In this document: piece after piece, positions 11,506 to 25,018 of the stretch
How the letters are laid out: each line of letters starts with the position of its first letter
How positions within the stretch are numbered: position 1 is the first letter of the stretch
Assembly (NCBI GenBank): GCA_964016885.1
Contig: OZ024741.1
Coordinates: 385,020,001-385,084,000, forward strand
Source: Eledone cirrhosa
Lineage: Eukaryota
Reading direction: 5' to 3'
Length of the DNA: 64,000 nt
Program-made: the position numbers and the translations under genes
Notes under the pieces: generated by a model
Seen by the model: only the letters and a program-made list of their open reading frames with translations
What the model was told of the DNA's origin: nothing
The model's database searches: none

Positions 11506-13220
11506 AATATGATAATAATGGAGCTGCGGCGTTGCAAATGGGTTACATATAAAAAAGGGGGGGAGTCCTTCATCAGTGACCCTCCAACCGTCCCAGGCAT
11601 TTCATCGCTTTAAGGGCCATATACCTCAGGTTGGTGCGAACAACGGCTAAAAAAAGTCGTTGGGACACGTAAATAAAGAGAACGTTAGGGTGAACAAACA
11701 AAATGGTTTAAGCAACAGAAAGTGAGAGGAAAGAGACAAGTCCCAGATTTCTATGAATATAAACTCGATAAAATCGTGAACTACTAGAGAATAAAGACCA
11801 TCAGACCTGGTTGAAATGTGAGCAAGGAAGGAATTTCGCACAGGTCTAACGGGAGGAAGAAGAAGAAGGGGTCTGGTCTGCGAATTCGGTAAACATAAGT
11901 TCTGTGAAGACGCAGACGAGAGAGAGAGAGAAAAAAAATTCATACCGGCTTGGCCAAGAGTGCGCGAGAAAAGAAATCGGACAGGTCAAGCGGGAAGAAA
12001 GAGGAGTGGAGGAGAGGTAGTGACAGGGTATGAGTGAGTGAAAGTTGAGGAAGAGGCTAACAGAGAGAGAGACTGCTAGAAAGGGTAAAGATACAAAGAG
12101 AGAAACAGACGGGTGGCAGCAGAGGAAAAAATATGTGTAAATATGATAATAATGGAGCTGCGGCGTTGCAAATGGGCTACATATAAAAAAGGGGGGGGGG
12201 GAGTCCTTCATCAGTGACCCTCCAACCGTCCCAGGCATTTCATCGCTTTAAGGGCCATATACCTCAGGTTGGTGCGAACAACGGCTAAAAAAAGTCGTTG
12301 GGACACGTAAATAAAGAGAACGTTAGGGTGAACAAACAAAATGGTTTAAGCAACAGAAAGTGAGAGGAAAGAGACAAGTCCCAGATTTCTATGAATATAA
12401 ACTCGATAAAATCGTGAACTACTAGAGAATAAAGACCATCAGACCTGGTTGAAATGTGAGCAAGGAAGGAATTTCGCACAGGTCTAACGGGAGGAAGAAG
12501 AAGAAGGGGTCTGGTCTGCGAATTCGGTAAACATAAGTTCTGTGAAGACGCAGACGAGAGAGAGAGAGAAAAAAAATTCATACCGCCTTTTTTATATGTA
12601 ACCCATTTGCAACGCCGCAGCTCCATAATTATCATATTTACACATATTTTTTCCTCTGCTGCCACCCGTCTGTTTCTCTCTTTGTATCTTTACCCTTTCT
12701 AGCAGTCTCTCTCTCTGTTAGCCTCTTCCTCAACTTTCACTCACTCATACCCTGTCACTACCTCTCCTCCACTCCTCTTTCTTCCCGCTTGACCTGTCCG
12801 ATTTCTTTTCTCGCGCACTCTTGGCCAAGCCGGTATGAATTTTTTTTCTCTCTCTCTCTCGTCTGCGTCTTCACAGAACTTATGTTTACCGAATTCGCAG
12901 ACCAGACCCCTTCTTCTTCTTCCTCCCGTTAGACCTGTGCGAAATTCCTTCCTTGCTCACATTTCAACCAGGTCTGATGGTCTTTATTCTCTAGTAGTTC
13001 ACGATTTTATCGAGTTTATATTCATAGAAATCTGGGACTTGTCTCTTTCCTCTCACTTTCTGTTGCTTAAACCATTTTGTTTGTTCACCCTAACGTTCTC
13101 TTTATTTACGTGTCCCAACGACTTTTTTTAGCCGTTGTTCGCACCAACCTGAGGTATATGGCCCTTAAAGCGATGAAATGCCTGGGACGGTTGGAGGGTC
13201 ACTGATGAAGGACTCCCCCC

Positions 13221-13227
<7 letters not shown>
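11503..13227. mobile_element. Family B tandem plus inverted array (634-bp unit) in (TA)n
   Basis: Minus-strand unit 11503-12136, partial minus unit 12137-12585, inverted plus unit 12586-13227; copies near-identical. Confidence 0.9.
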
Positions 13228-13259
<32 letters not shown>

Positions 13260-13338
13260 TTAATAATAAATTTGAAGACTAAAAGGGTGAAAGCAGCGAT
13301 TCTTTGCTTAAACTTTAATCTGTTATTTTAATAAATAA

Positions 13339-13406
<68 letters not shown>

Positions 13407-13410
<4 letters not shown>

Positions 13411-13732
13411 TAATAAAAACAATGATTAAAAACAAAGAACAAGTTCCTTATATTAAAAAATTCATCATTTTACGATCGTTTCTAGGATATATATGTGTGC
13501 TGGTATGTATATCATATAGATCCATGTAAAAAATTTACAAACTGATGAATTTTTTAATATAAGGAACTTGTTCTTTGTTTTTATTCATTGTTTTTATTAA
13601 TTTATCTTGACTCTGTTTTCCTGGGATTTTCATCGAAAACTTTTGAATGCATCTTCTCTTTTCATGATATTTGGATTACATTGAGTTCTTCATACGGATT
13701 GGACACTACCCTATATTTTGGTAGATTTATCT

Positions 13733-13740
<8 letters not shown>
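13407..13740. mobile_element. (TA)n-embedded fold-back module
   Basis: Inverted arms ~13407-13469 and 13542-13603; terminus ATTTTGGTAGATTTATCTACAC recurs at 18070 and 18665. Confidence 0.6.
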
Positions 13741-13794
<54 letters not shown>

Positions 13795-13797
<3 letters not shown>

Positions 13798-15195
13798 AGC
13801 AGTGATCAAATTAGGAGTTACAATTGTCTGGATAGATCATCGTGCCGCCTCAACAACAGATGCCGCGAACGAAACGTGGTCTACCAGTGCAATGTGAGGA
13901 CGGAACACTCTAACAAGGTCCACGGATTAACCGCCTGCGATGTAAGACCCGGTATTACCAACACCAACATTCACTTAGAAATCCGGCCCGACGACACACA
14001 ACAGCACTTTCTGGCCATATTTGGGACCTCCAACACAACAATATTACATGCCATCTAAGTTGGAGCATACTTTTGAGGGCAAAATCATACTTGGGAGGAC
14101 GCCGTACGTGCAATTTATGTTCGGAGGAAATGATCCAGATGCTGTTTGCAAAGGATCAATTGTTAAACAAAAAGGATGTACTCGTTACCTCGTGTAAACA
14201 CAGAATACATAGGACATACATTACCTTCAACCCCCCTCACGACCCAGGTGGGTAGACCTCGGCTGTATCTCCTTCCCAATTACAAACTAAGATAGAGGAA
14301 ATCCCAAGCATACTTAGGTAGAAATAGAATTTTTTCTTCGTTAGTTACACACTCTAATTATACTTAGGTGGATCTTTGCATATCTACACTATTATAAACA
14401 GTTCCTAATCTTCCTTAGGTTAACCCGGAATATTTTCACTGTTGTTAAATATACATGGAACCGGTCGAACACATAGCTGTGACACCTTACTAGACTAAGG
14501 TTGATTTTTTGGGGGGTGTATCATTATAAAAGAAAATACTAGTAAATTAGTGTATTGAGGTGCCCTTCCTGTGCATTAGAGTAATTGATAACTAAATTTC
14601 TTTATTAGGAACTGAATTAGTATTAACATCTAAATGCTTTGCTCTTTAGCTAAGTGTTAGATTTGGCATACTTACATACACTCTCTAACTACCTTGATTC
14701 TTACATGCTGAAATTATACTCTTACTTCTTTGAATTGTAGGTTTACGCCTCTATAAATGAAATATAGTTGTACAGATTTCTCTCTTAACGCATGGCTGGC
14801 TTGGCACCCACAAGTCAGACTGTCCTCTTACTCCCTCCCCTTTGTACTTTAGGCCAGTTCATCCCGCCCCCACCGCTATGAAGGAATTTAACCATGTACG
14901 TGACATCCCAGATCATTGACCACTCCCTGTGACAGAAAGAAAACAACAAATTTTTAGGATTATTTGCTTTAATATTTCTGCCTTTTTTGTTTTGACTGCA
15001 CCCCTTGATAAGTTCAACTAGATACCCGCCGTTCTAATACTGCTGGCTTAGTTCGGATATAGCTGTCGAAACGGCCGGAGCTCGGTCGTCGGGGTCCTGA
15101 CTCTTTTCTTATTACCCACTCTACTACCCTAAGTATCGAATACTGTTGTGCGTTATTGTCCATCTTGTATCTTATCACACCTTCTTTGTTGTCAT
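13795..15195 (+). mobile_element. 5'-truncated PLE: degenerate GIY-YIG endonuclease, 3' UTR and hammerhead
   Basis: NC.....C.LNNRCRERNVVYQC, HIWDL, RTCNLCSEE, LLNKKD...CKH with frameshifts; HHR at 15000-15095; flanked by (TA)n. Confidence 0.8.
15000..15095 (+). ncRNA. Type I hammerhead, U3-A8 core (family A)
   Basis: ACCCC-TTGATAA-long helix II-GAAA-CGGCCG gagct CGGTCG-TC^GGGGT. Confidence 0.65.
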
Positions 15196-15280
15196 ATATA
15201 TATATATTTACCCCGGGTTCAATCGGGGGTAACCACAGTAAGTAAGGTACTCAATACACACACACACACATAAATATATA

Positions 15281-15455
15281 TTTTAACTTTAATTATATCT
15301 CATATAAAATAATACAACTGGCTTTCCACAAAATACATATAGTTAGCACCCCAAACACTTAAATTGGGTTTATACTAACGTATAACTTAATGTTTGTTGA
15401 GTGAGATGGTTACCAGTCGGAGTTTAGCTTAAAGCTATCTCTGTTATTGTATTAA
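15281..15455 (+). repeat. (TA)n-associated dispersed repeat
   Basis: Reverse-complement copy at ~19040-19215. Confidence 0.7.
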
Positions 15456-15482
15456 ATATATATATATATATATATATATATA

Positions 15483-15692
15483 GTCGATCGACTTTCGTCA
15501 AATCGGACCGAGGAAACAATGTTTCCGTTGGTCTTTCCAATTGCTAATACTATCTATCGGCCGCAACTCCAGGTAAAAGGAGCAACGTGAAATAAAGTGT
15601 CTTGCTCAAGGACATAACGCATCGCCCGGTCCAGGAATCGATCTTACAACCTTACGATTGTGAAACCAATTATCTTACCACTCAGCCACACG
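15483..15692 (-). mobile_element. tRNA-derived SINE family 2
   Basis: Homologous to 26335-26575. Confidence 0.7.
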
Positions 15693-15736
15693 CCTATATA
15701 TATACTTCATTTTTGTATTTGTTTTGCATTATTTCT

Positions 15737-15912
15737 TGCAGTATCGGTAGAGGGTTGGACGCCATGCTTTCTAGCATAGTTACGTCCCTTTATAGTCTGA
15801 GTTCAAATCCCGCCGAGTTTAACTTTGACTTTCATCCTTACGGGGTCGATAAAATAAAGTACCAGTAATGTACTGGTTAATTGCTGGCCTTGTGCCAAAA
15901 GTAGAAACAATT
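15737..15912 (+). mobile_element. tRNA-derived SINE family 1
   Basis: B box GAGTTCAAATCC plus Meta-like core. Confidence 0.85.
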
Positions 15913-16164
15913 ATATCTTATCTGACAACGTATGTTGAAACAGATAGTTATATCTTGGGAGGGTCATGTTGCCAATAAAAACATGCACCTGATAGTTTTC
16001 ACAATTTATAAATTTCAAGTTGGTTAGTTTAATAACCGGGAGGTTGTTTATTTGTTTATTGTCAAAGCTCTTGCGCCACATATTCTGTGACCTCTTCAGT
16101 GACTAATTTGTTATTTTGAGTCTCTCCTTTGTTCTCTCGGATAACATTTTATTTTTGTGGGCTC

Positions 16165-16209
<45 letters not shown>

Positions 16210-16659
16210 AAGTTTAACCCCGACGGCAGAGCTCAAGCCGTTTCGACGGCTATTTCTGGACTAAATTGGAATTTTTAGCGTGGTAAATAAATAGCCGAAC
16301 ATTTCAAGGGGTAATTCCTTATATGGGAAGATTGTAGTTGTCAAAAGGATTGGTCAAAATTTCTTGTAAACACCATTAAATCTTTCATGGCAGTTTTATT
16401 ACTTTTTACTATCCAATTTTATAAGTTTATATATATTTATTTATTTATTTAAATATAAGTATGTATACGTACATACATATATGTATACAGACGCACAGTA
16501 GTATGTATATATATATACATACATGCACACATATATGTACGTATGGATTTACCGAACATTTATTATAATGCTCGGTGTATTTGTAAACAAACATCCCGAA
16601 TTAAGCCGCACAGTGTTTAGCAACCATCGTTGCCCTTTTGTTCAACACTGACAAAGGAA

Positions 16660-16700
16660 CGATATACTAGTTTCAAGCTTATTAGCTATCGTCAGCACCG
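16660..16700 (-). ncRNA. Minimal type I hammerhead
   Basis: CGGTG-CTGACGA-tAGCT aata AGCTt-GAAA-CTAG-TA^TATCG; palindromic helix III. Confidence 0.7.
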
Positions 16701-17370
16701 TATATCTTCCTGCTAGATGATTGAACGTCTGAAAGTATATACGTTCCTTATGCATATTAACGGCTGAGCAGCCTAATTTGCATATCGAGTGAGTTAATCG
16801 GCCGGGCGCACCGAAAAAATAAATGGAAAAATGAAACGAAATTTAATTCTCACTCTTAGTACGGCTGTTACTTAAATATAAGTATGTATACGTACATACA
16901 TATATGTATACAGAAGTACAGTAGTATGTATATATATATACATACATGCACACATATATATATGTACGTATGGATTTACCGAACATTTATTATAATGCTC
17001 GTACATATATATATATATATGCATGTATGGATATATATATACATACTACTGTACGTCTGCATACATATATGTATGTACGTATACATACTTATATTTAAGT
17101 AAAAGCCGTACTAAGAGTGAGAAATGAACTATTTTCTCCAGAATCCTTTTTTCCCCTGCTTCCTAACTAGCCTAATGTCATACACACTCCTTAGAATTTG
17201 CTGTATAGAATTCACTTTCAACGCTTGACCGGCTCCACCCACTCCCTCATTGTTCTACAGGCAAGTTCAGCCACCCCACCTCCCACCCACTGGCATGAAA
17301 GATTTAATGGTGTTTACAAGAAATTTTGACCAATCCTTTTGACAACTACAATCTTCCCATATAAGGAATT

Positions 17371-17466
17371 ACCCCTTGAAAAGTTCGGCTATTTATTTAC
17401 CACGCTAAAAATCCTAATTTAGTCCAGAAATAGCCGTCGAAACGGCTTGAGCTCTGCCGTCTGGGT
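17371..17466 (+). ncRNA. Type I hammerhead, U3-A8 core (family A)
   Basis: ACCCC-TTGAAAA-gttCGGCTATTT...AAATAGCCGtc-GAAA-CGGC...GCCG-TC^TGGGT. Confidence 0.65.
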
Positions 17467-17962
17467 TAAACTTTTTCCTATTACCCACTCTACTACACTG
17501 AGTATTAAGTACTCTGGTGCGTTATGGTTTATCTGGTTCCTTACCACACCTCCTTCGTTATATATATATGTATATACATAACTTAAAAAGTTACCGCTTT
17601 ACATGGCTGAATACAATAAATGTAATTTGAGTTTTTTGAATATTAATAAAAATATTCGATTCGTTTGTAATTATGCAAACAAGCCTCTTTTAACCCATGT
17701 CAGTAGAATGAGACCCTCATTCTTGCTCTTATGTTGGCACGTAAACAGAACTGCAGACACCAATGTTTCTGGGTGATTACCCTTTATCAGTGCAGTTCAC
17801 TCTTCACCTGCCAACTGTCAGAGCTAGAGAAAATATATGATATTTTTCTAAATTATACAGTGATTGATCGACCTGATTTGCATATTAGCAGACTGGCTGC
17901 TCAGTCAGATCTACATATTAGCAGATCCACTGATCAGCCAGATTTGCATATCAACAGATAGG

Positions 17963-18071
<109 letters not shown>

Positions 18072-18087
18072 TTTGGTAGATTTATCT

Positions 18088-18126
<39 letters not shown>

Positions 18127-18133
<7 letters not shown>

Positions 18134-18682
18134 GTGAGGTTTTTTTTACAAAATGAAAAATAACCGAGGTGTCCTACACGAGTGGAAGTATAAAGAAAAA
18201 GAGATGAAATCGAAAATGCAACTGAAGTCTTATTTTTTTTTAAAATATATATATTTATTTGGTTCCTTTACCGGTTTCGCAGTTCTTCTGCTTTTCAAAA
18301 GGTGAGTTGAGATGGAGGGTCTGTGGTTTTTCTCACATCTGGTTGGTCTCTAAATGTTACTTGTTTTATATGGAAAAAGTGGCTCGAAAGCCAGGTTTTT
18401 CGAGAAGTAATTTGATTGGTTTGTCAATAATTATAATAAATTTCGCGCCAGTTCGCGTTACAATAGTTCTTCAAATAAGAGAGAGAGGGGGGGGGGGGTT
18501 TGTCACAGGTTGTTTTTTCATATATGAGTGTTTGAATTTCTTTTTACTTGAAAAAATGAGGCTCACGAAGGCTTTTTTTTGGTTGGTTATAAATGAAATT
18601 TGGCTGTCACGTGAACAAGTTTTCATTACATTTTTGCGCCCTTATTTGGAAAATATATATATACATTTTGGTAGATTTATCT

Positions 18683-18690
<8 letters not shown>
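18127..18690 (-). mobile_element. Non-coding HHR module (family D) in (TA)n
   Basis: 18127-18340 is nearly identical to 42809-43019 (reverse complement); HHR at 18265-18302. Confidence 0.75.
18265..18302 (-). ncRNA. Minimal hammerhead, U3-A8 core
   Basis: CCTT-TTGAAAA-GCAG aagaa CTGC-GAAA-CCGG-TA^AAGG. Confidence 0.8.
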
Positions 18691-18745
<55 letters not shown>

Positions 18746-18748
<3 letters not shown>

Positions 18749-18912
18749 CTCTTTTACTCTTTTACCTGTTCCAGCCATCCGGCTGAGGCCATGCTGGGGC
18801 ACCGCCCTTGGAATTAAACGCTTACGGTACTTAGGGTTCCCAAGCGATCTAAGTACTAACTAGGCTCGACGTTGCTTAACTTCGGTGATCGGACGAGAAC
18901 CGGTGTTTTCAG

Positions 18913-18919
<7 letters not shown>
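18746..18919 (-). mobile_element. 5S rRNA-derived SINE (SINE3-like)
   Basis: Minus strand ATCACGCTGAAAACACCGGTTCTCGTCCGATCACCGAAGTTAAGCAACGTCGAGCC is the 5S body; tail GGTGCCCCAGCATGGCC...GTAAAAGAGTAAAAGAG is shared with 44340-44393. Confidence 0.8.
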
Positions 18920-19007
<88 letters not shown>

Positions 19008-19542
19008 CACGTATATATATATATATATATATACATATATTAATACAATAACAGAGATAGTTTAAAGCTAATCTCTGACTGGTAACCATCTCATTCAACA
19101 AACATTAGGTTATATTTTAATATAAACCCAATTTAAGTGTTTGGGGTGCTAACAATATGTATTATGTGGAAGAGCCAGTTGTATTATTTTATGAGACATA
19201 ATTAAAGTTAAAATATATCTCTCTTTCCAAACAATTGTTTCATTATAAGTTTTCTACAAATTCGGAGAATATTTCCAGTTTATGTAGAAGCCTAATATAC
19301 ATTCATGTAAGAATATATTTAGGTGGGCGTTTATAAATCATCAGTGGAAGCCCATTAAACTTTGATATAAGAAAAACATTTCTTACCACAGTTAAAAATC
19401 GTGTCTTGTTAAGTTGCTCCTTCCCGCATCGAATGACCGGCAAATTTGAAATTCCAGCAGTTTTTGACTGAGGAAGTATTGTAGCGTCACTAAGTGGGAA
19501 GGGGAGACAACCACGATCCACGAAAGGAGGAAAAAAATAATA

Positions 19543-19848
19543 TACACGCGGGTTAATCAGTTTTTTCGAAAACATTATCAATCCAACGTGTTAAGAACTC
19601 AATTGAAATTAAAAAAATAAATATATGCGTGTATAAATTACACACGCATATAGATATTTTCTTAGGCTAAAATCAGAGGTTGTACCTGAATAAGAAACCG
19701 CATCTCGTAACCGTAATAAATACGGAAAGTTATGCTTTAAAGGGCAAATGGGAATGTAAATCTCCGGTCGAATTAAGGGTAAAATATAAAACACACGCGG
19801 GTTAATTAGTTATTTCAAAACCAATATCAATTCCTCGTGTAAAAAACT

Positions 19849-19852
<4 letters not shown>
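19543..19852. repeat. ~60-bp direct repeats 250 bp apart, next to (TA)n
   Basis: ACACGCGGGTTAAT...AACTCAA at 19543 and 19793. Confidence 0.6.
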
Positions 19853-20692
<840 letters not shown>

Positions 20693-20695
<3 letters not shown>

Positions 20696-20933
20696 ACGAA
20701 GGAAATGTGGTAAGGAACCAGGTGGACCATAACGCACCAAAGTACTCAATACTTGAAGTAGTAGAGTGGGTAATAGGAACCAGTAAGACCCCGACAGTCC
20801 AGAATTAGCCGTCGAAACGGCTTGAGCTCAGCTGTCGGGGTCTTACTGGTTCCTATTACCCACTCTACTACTTCAAGTATTGAGTACTTTGGTGCGTTAT
20901 GGTCCACCTGGTTCCTTACCACATTTCCTTCGT

Positions 20934-20937
<4 letters not shown>
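20693..20937. mobile_element. Family A fold-back palindrome
   Basis: ~105-bp arms around TCCAGAATTAGCCGTCGAAACGG; further copies at 21061-21202, 56701-56792 and 58153-58347. Confidence 0.85.
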
Positions 20938-20992
<55 letters not shown>

Positions 20993-21198
20993 GTATATAT
21001 ATATATGTATATATATATATGTATATATATATATATGTATATATATATATGTATATATATAATTCTGGAATTAGCCGTCGAAACGGCTTGAGCTCAGCTG
21101 TCGGGGTCTTACTGGTTCCTATTACCCACTCTACTACCACAAGTATTGAGTACTTTGGTGCGTTATGGTCCACCTGGTTCCTTACCACATTTCCTTCG

Positions 21199-21262
<64 letters not shown>

Positions 21263-21263
21263 C

Positions 21264-21396
21264 CTACTATTTATTATTGCCCTTCAGGCTATAACAGAGG
21301 AGTTCAAGACCGGCTGTCCATGGGAACTCCTATACGCAGACGACCTGACACTCATAGCTGAATCAATGGCCGAGCTAGAGAAGAAATTCCAAACAT
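21264..21396 (+). pseudogene. Isolated RTE-type LINE RT fragment
   Basis: [42 protein letters not shown]. Confidence 0.8.
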
Positions 21397-21406
21397 CGAA
21401 GCAATT

Positions 21407-21449
<43 letters not shown>

Positions 21450-21454
<5 letters not shown>

Positions 21455-21790
21455 AAGTTTGTCCTCATCAGTGGCCATCCAACCGTCGTAGGCATTTCGT
21501 CGCATTAAAGGCCATATACCTCAGGTTGGTGCGAGCAACGGCTAAAAAAAAGTCGTTGGGACACGTAAATAAAGGGGACGCTAGGGTAAACAAACAAAAT
21601 GGTTTAAGCAGCAGAAAGTGATGAAGAAGGAAACAAGTCCCAGATTTCTATGAATATAAATTCGGTGGAATCCTGAACGAGTGAATAAAGACCATCAAAC
21701 CTGGTTGAAATGTGAGCAAGGAAGGAATATCGCACAGGTCTAACGGAAGGAAGAAGGGGTCTGGTCTGCGAATTCGGTAAACATAAGTTC
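21450..21790 (-). mobile_element. Family B, partial copy
   Basis: Homologous to 11560-11900. Confidence 0.85.
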
Positions 21791-22002
21791 TAATACGACG
21801 AGTGTGTTTAACGAGTGTATATATATATACATATATATATATATACATATATATATACATATATATATATACATATATATATATACATAAGATCAAAATA
21901 CTTGAGTGTGTTAGAGTTAAACACACTCGTCGTATTAGAGAAATGACAGTATAAGATATAGCTCAATGTAATCCAACAGAGCCGAAAAATTATATAGCTA
22001 TA

Positions 22003-23241
22003 ATCAGTAAGAACATTCTTGACCTGATTATACCCATCGTTAGAGAAAAGGTTCATTTTAATCTATGGGGGAACACTATTGATTGGTTCTCTGGTATAAA
22101 TAAGCTTGAGTCTAGTAGGTTTATCCAGTTTGATATAGACGCCTATTACACGTCGATTTCACCTATCCTCCTTAATAAAGCCCTAATTATGGCAATGCGA
22201 ATGTCTAGTCTTACGCGTCCCCAGATTGATTTTATACTAGCCGCCCGTAGGACTATCATCAAATTCGAGGATACACTTTGGACGCGTAAAAACACACCCA
22301 ACAACTTTGACGTTACCATGGGTTCGAGTGATTCTGCGCAGGTAACTGATCTTGTTGGGCTGTACCTCTTGAATGAACTTTATGTTAGCTTTCCGCACCT
22401 TAAAGGTGGACTTTATAGTGACGATGCATTATTTGTAATAAACTCTAGTACTAATAGCATTGAACATAATAGGAAGAAGTTGTATAAATTTTTTAAAAAT
22501 TTTAACCTTTCGATCACGATTGATAGGAATGATAGAGCTGTTAACTTTTTAGATGTGACATTGGACTTGGTCACTAATAATTATAAACCCTTCTACAAGC
22601 CTAATGAGACACTCTCTTACGTTAATCCTAATTCTAACCACCCTAAATCTATGATTAGTTCTATTATTAATGGTGTATCTAATAGAATCTCCACACTCTC
22701 TAAAGACATAGGAATATTTAATTCACATGCTGAGTATTATAATAATGCCCTAGCTAACTCTGGTTACTCAGGTAGAATACACTATAAAGATAACTACCTT
22801 GGAATGACTCCGTTTACCAATAATAACGTAATATCCCATAACATGGCCTTGAATGGGAGAAGAAAATCTAGGAATCATAGAAATGTTATTGGTTCATCCA
22901 AATCGAACCATATGTATAACTACCACAATAATAATCGTAATAGTGAGTCTAATGGTGCACTTTTTGAGATTAGTTCTAGTGAACAGGATAGGCGCTCTGA
23001 ACGTTCACCCAGTGGTGATGTTTTAACGGCTTCTAATAATGTTGATTCAACTGGTCCTAGTATTAACCCTAATCCTATTAATACGATACGAGATAGAAAT
23101 AGAAATAGTAAAGGTAAGAATAGGAGGAGGCTCAATACTTACTTTAACCCGCCTTATAATCATGAAGTATTAACTAATATCCCTAGATCTTTCTTTTCTA
23201 TTTTAGATAAAATTTTCCTTTTATTAATAATTCTCATCTAG
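22003..23241 (+). pseudogene. PLE reverse transcriptase (frameshift near 23220)
   Basis: FIQFDIDAYYTSI, TMGSSDSAQVTDLVG, GLYSDD, NFLDVTL, SNHP, YFNPPY; frame is open upstream of the annotated Met. Confidence 0.88.
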
Positions 23242-23282
23242 CTAGCACTAATAATAGGAAAATTAGGGACAGCTACTGCTCT

Positions 23283-23837
23283 TTGCGTACCACTAATCTA
23301 GATTGCTCTATCAATAACTTACTACCCGAGCAGATCTTATCTTCTAATAACCCTAGTAATAATGCATCGCGTAATCAGCTAATCACTAATACCCGGAAGT
23401 GTAACTGTAGATTAAGTAATAACTGCCCTTTGAATGGCCACTGCCTCTCTAGGAATATTGTTTATGCATGTGAAGTTAAGACTAATTCTTCTTGTAGAAC
23501 ATATATAGGCTCCACATCTAATACTTTTAAAACTAGGTTTAATTCACATATTTCTAATTTTAAGCATATCAAGTTTAAGAACTCTACTTCTTTAGCACAC
23601 CATATCTGGGATTTAAAAGGGGCTGGTATACCATATAGCCTAGATTGGCGTATAGTAGCACACTCTAATCACCTCTCAACACACGCTAAATTCTGTAATC
23701 TTTGTATCCTAGAGACCCACTCTATAATTTTCTCTAGGAATGCATTACTTAATAGAAAATCTGAAATTTTTCTTCCTGTCCGCATGCTATTTCTAATTCC
23801 TTCTTCTATTATAGACCTAAAAGCTCCGGTAGTTTAA
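23283..23837 (+). pseudogene. PLE GIY-YIG endonuclease
   Basis: CNC-x5-C-x5-C, NIVYAC...TYIGST..FKTRFNSH, HIWDLK, CNLCILE, LLNRKSE. Confidence 0.88.
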
Positions 23838-24979
23838 ACCATATCCATTAGCTGCTATATTTCCTTATCTCTTTGGTTTTAGTTCATTATTATTACCATT
23901 ATTGGTTTTCTACGGTTTTTCAATTTAGTTTTAGTTTTCATAGTCTCTCTAGCTATCCTACCCTTTCTATCATCTTTACCATTATTACATTTTTATTCAC
24001 CATTCTCGCCTTATAAGTTTCTATCTTTATTTTCATCCCTGGTTAGGATGAAAATAATATTATATTTAATATTATATATAAATTTATATATGGTCAATTT
24101 ATATTGATTATATATAAATTTTTACCTTTATGCTCCTTCCCACCCTCCATAGTTCTACTTCTTTATGTTCCCATTGGTCTACCATAGTTTTATTTAGAGT
24201 TTTTTCCTTGATATCGTAATTAGTCTGGATGTATCGTAATAAATCTTGATAGATATTTTAGCTTTCTTATTGAAATATCTTAATTTTATTCGACTTTGAT
24301 GACTTAAACTTTATTCCATATGAAGTGACCCATAATGTCTTTTAAACAGTTTTAGTACTAATTAATTTAATAAGGTTTTCAATTTAATTCTTTGATCCAG
24401 AATAGTAATATTATCTATATTTACCTAGGGACTTGTAACATCTGTGCTTGTTTTTGTTTTTGTTCTTCGTTTTATTTAATTTATTTTTTTACTACCACAT
24501 GCTGTCTGTTCTCCTATCATTTGTTATTGTCTCCTGATATGTCTATTTGTATGCATCGCGTAAATATGTCTTAAGCCTTTTCCATTGATTCTGTCTGTCT
24601 GCTATTGTAATATTAACATTATTATTTTTATGGAATTGAATTATATATACATGTCCGTTATTGAGGTACTGTTTTGTAATGTTTTATGAATTTGAACTGC
24701 ATATACCTCTGGATATTTATTGTCAATATTATATATAGTTATATATATTCTTTCACCATACTTTATTTTTATATGATATTTTTTCTTACCCTGTGAAAAA
24801 CTTTATATACAATTTGTTGACCTTAAATGATACGTATGATGTAGTTTTATATATTTTTTATGTCAGTATATTATTCCATTGTTTTTGATATTGTTTATGC
24901 ACACCGTCAAGGTGATTATGCTATTATAATGATTATTATATTTAAATATTTAAACAAGTGTTAGTATGTGTTTGTGTAA

Positions 24980-25018
<39 letters not shown>

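Larger units (their letters stand above)
16206..17560. mobile_element. Nested PLE-type insertion with ~190-bp inverted repeats (family A) enclosing a second HHR-bearing module
   Basis: 16206-16394 is the reverse complement of 17290-17478; 16447-16572 is repeated at 16872-17000 and inverted at ~17000-17122. Confidence 0.8.

Noticed and set aside
11647-13131. Thrice-repeated 98-aa ORF (MNFFSLSLSS...)
   Set aside because: It reflects the DNA duplication, is not maintained in the diverged copies, and has no recognisable motif.
18815-18919. Functional 5S rRNA gene
   Set aside because: 5' end missing, deletion near box C, diverged 3' end, and fused to a SINE tail.
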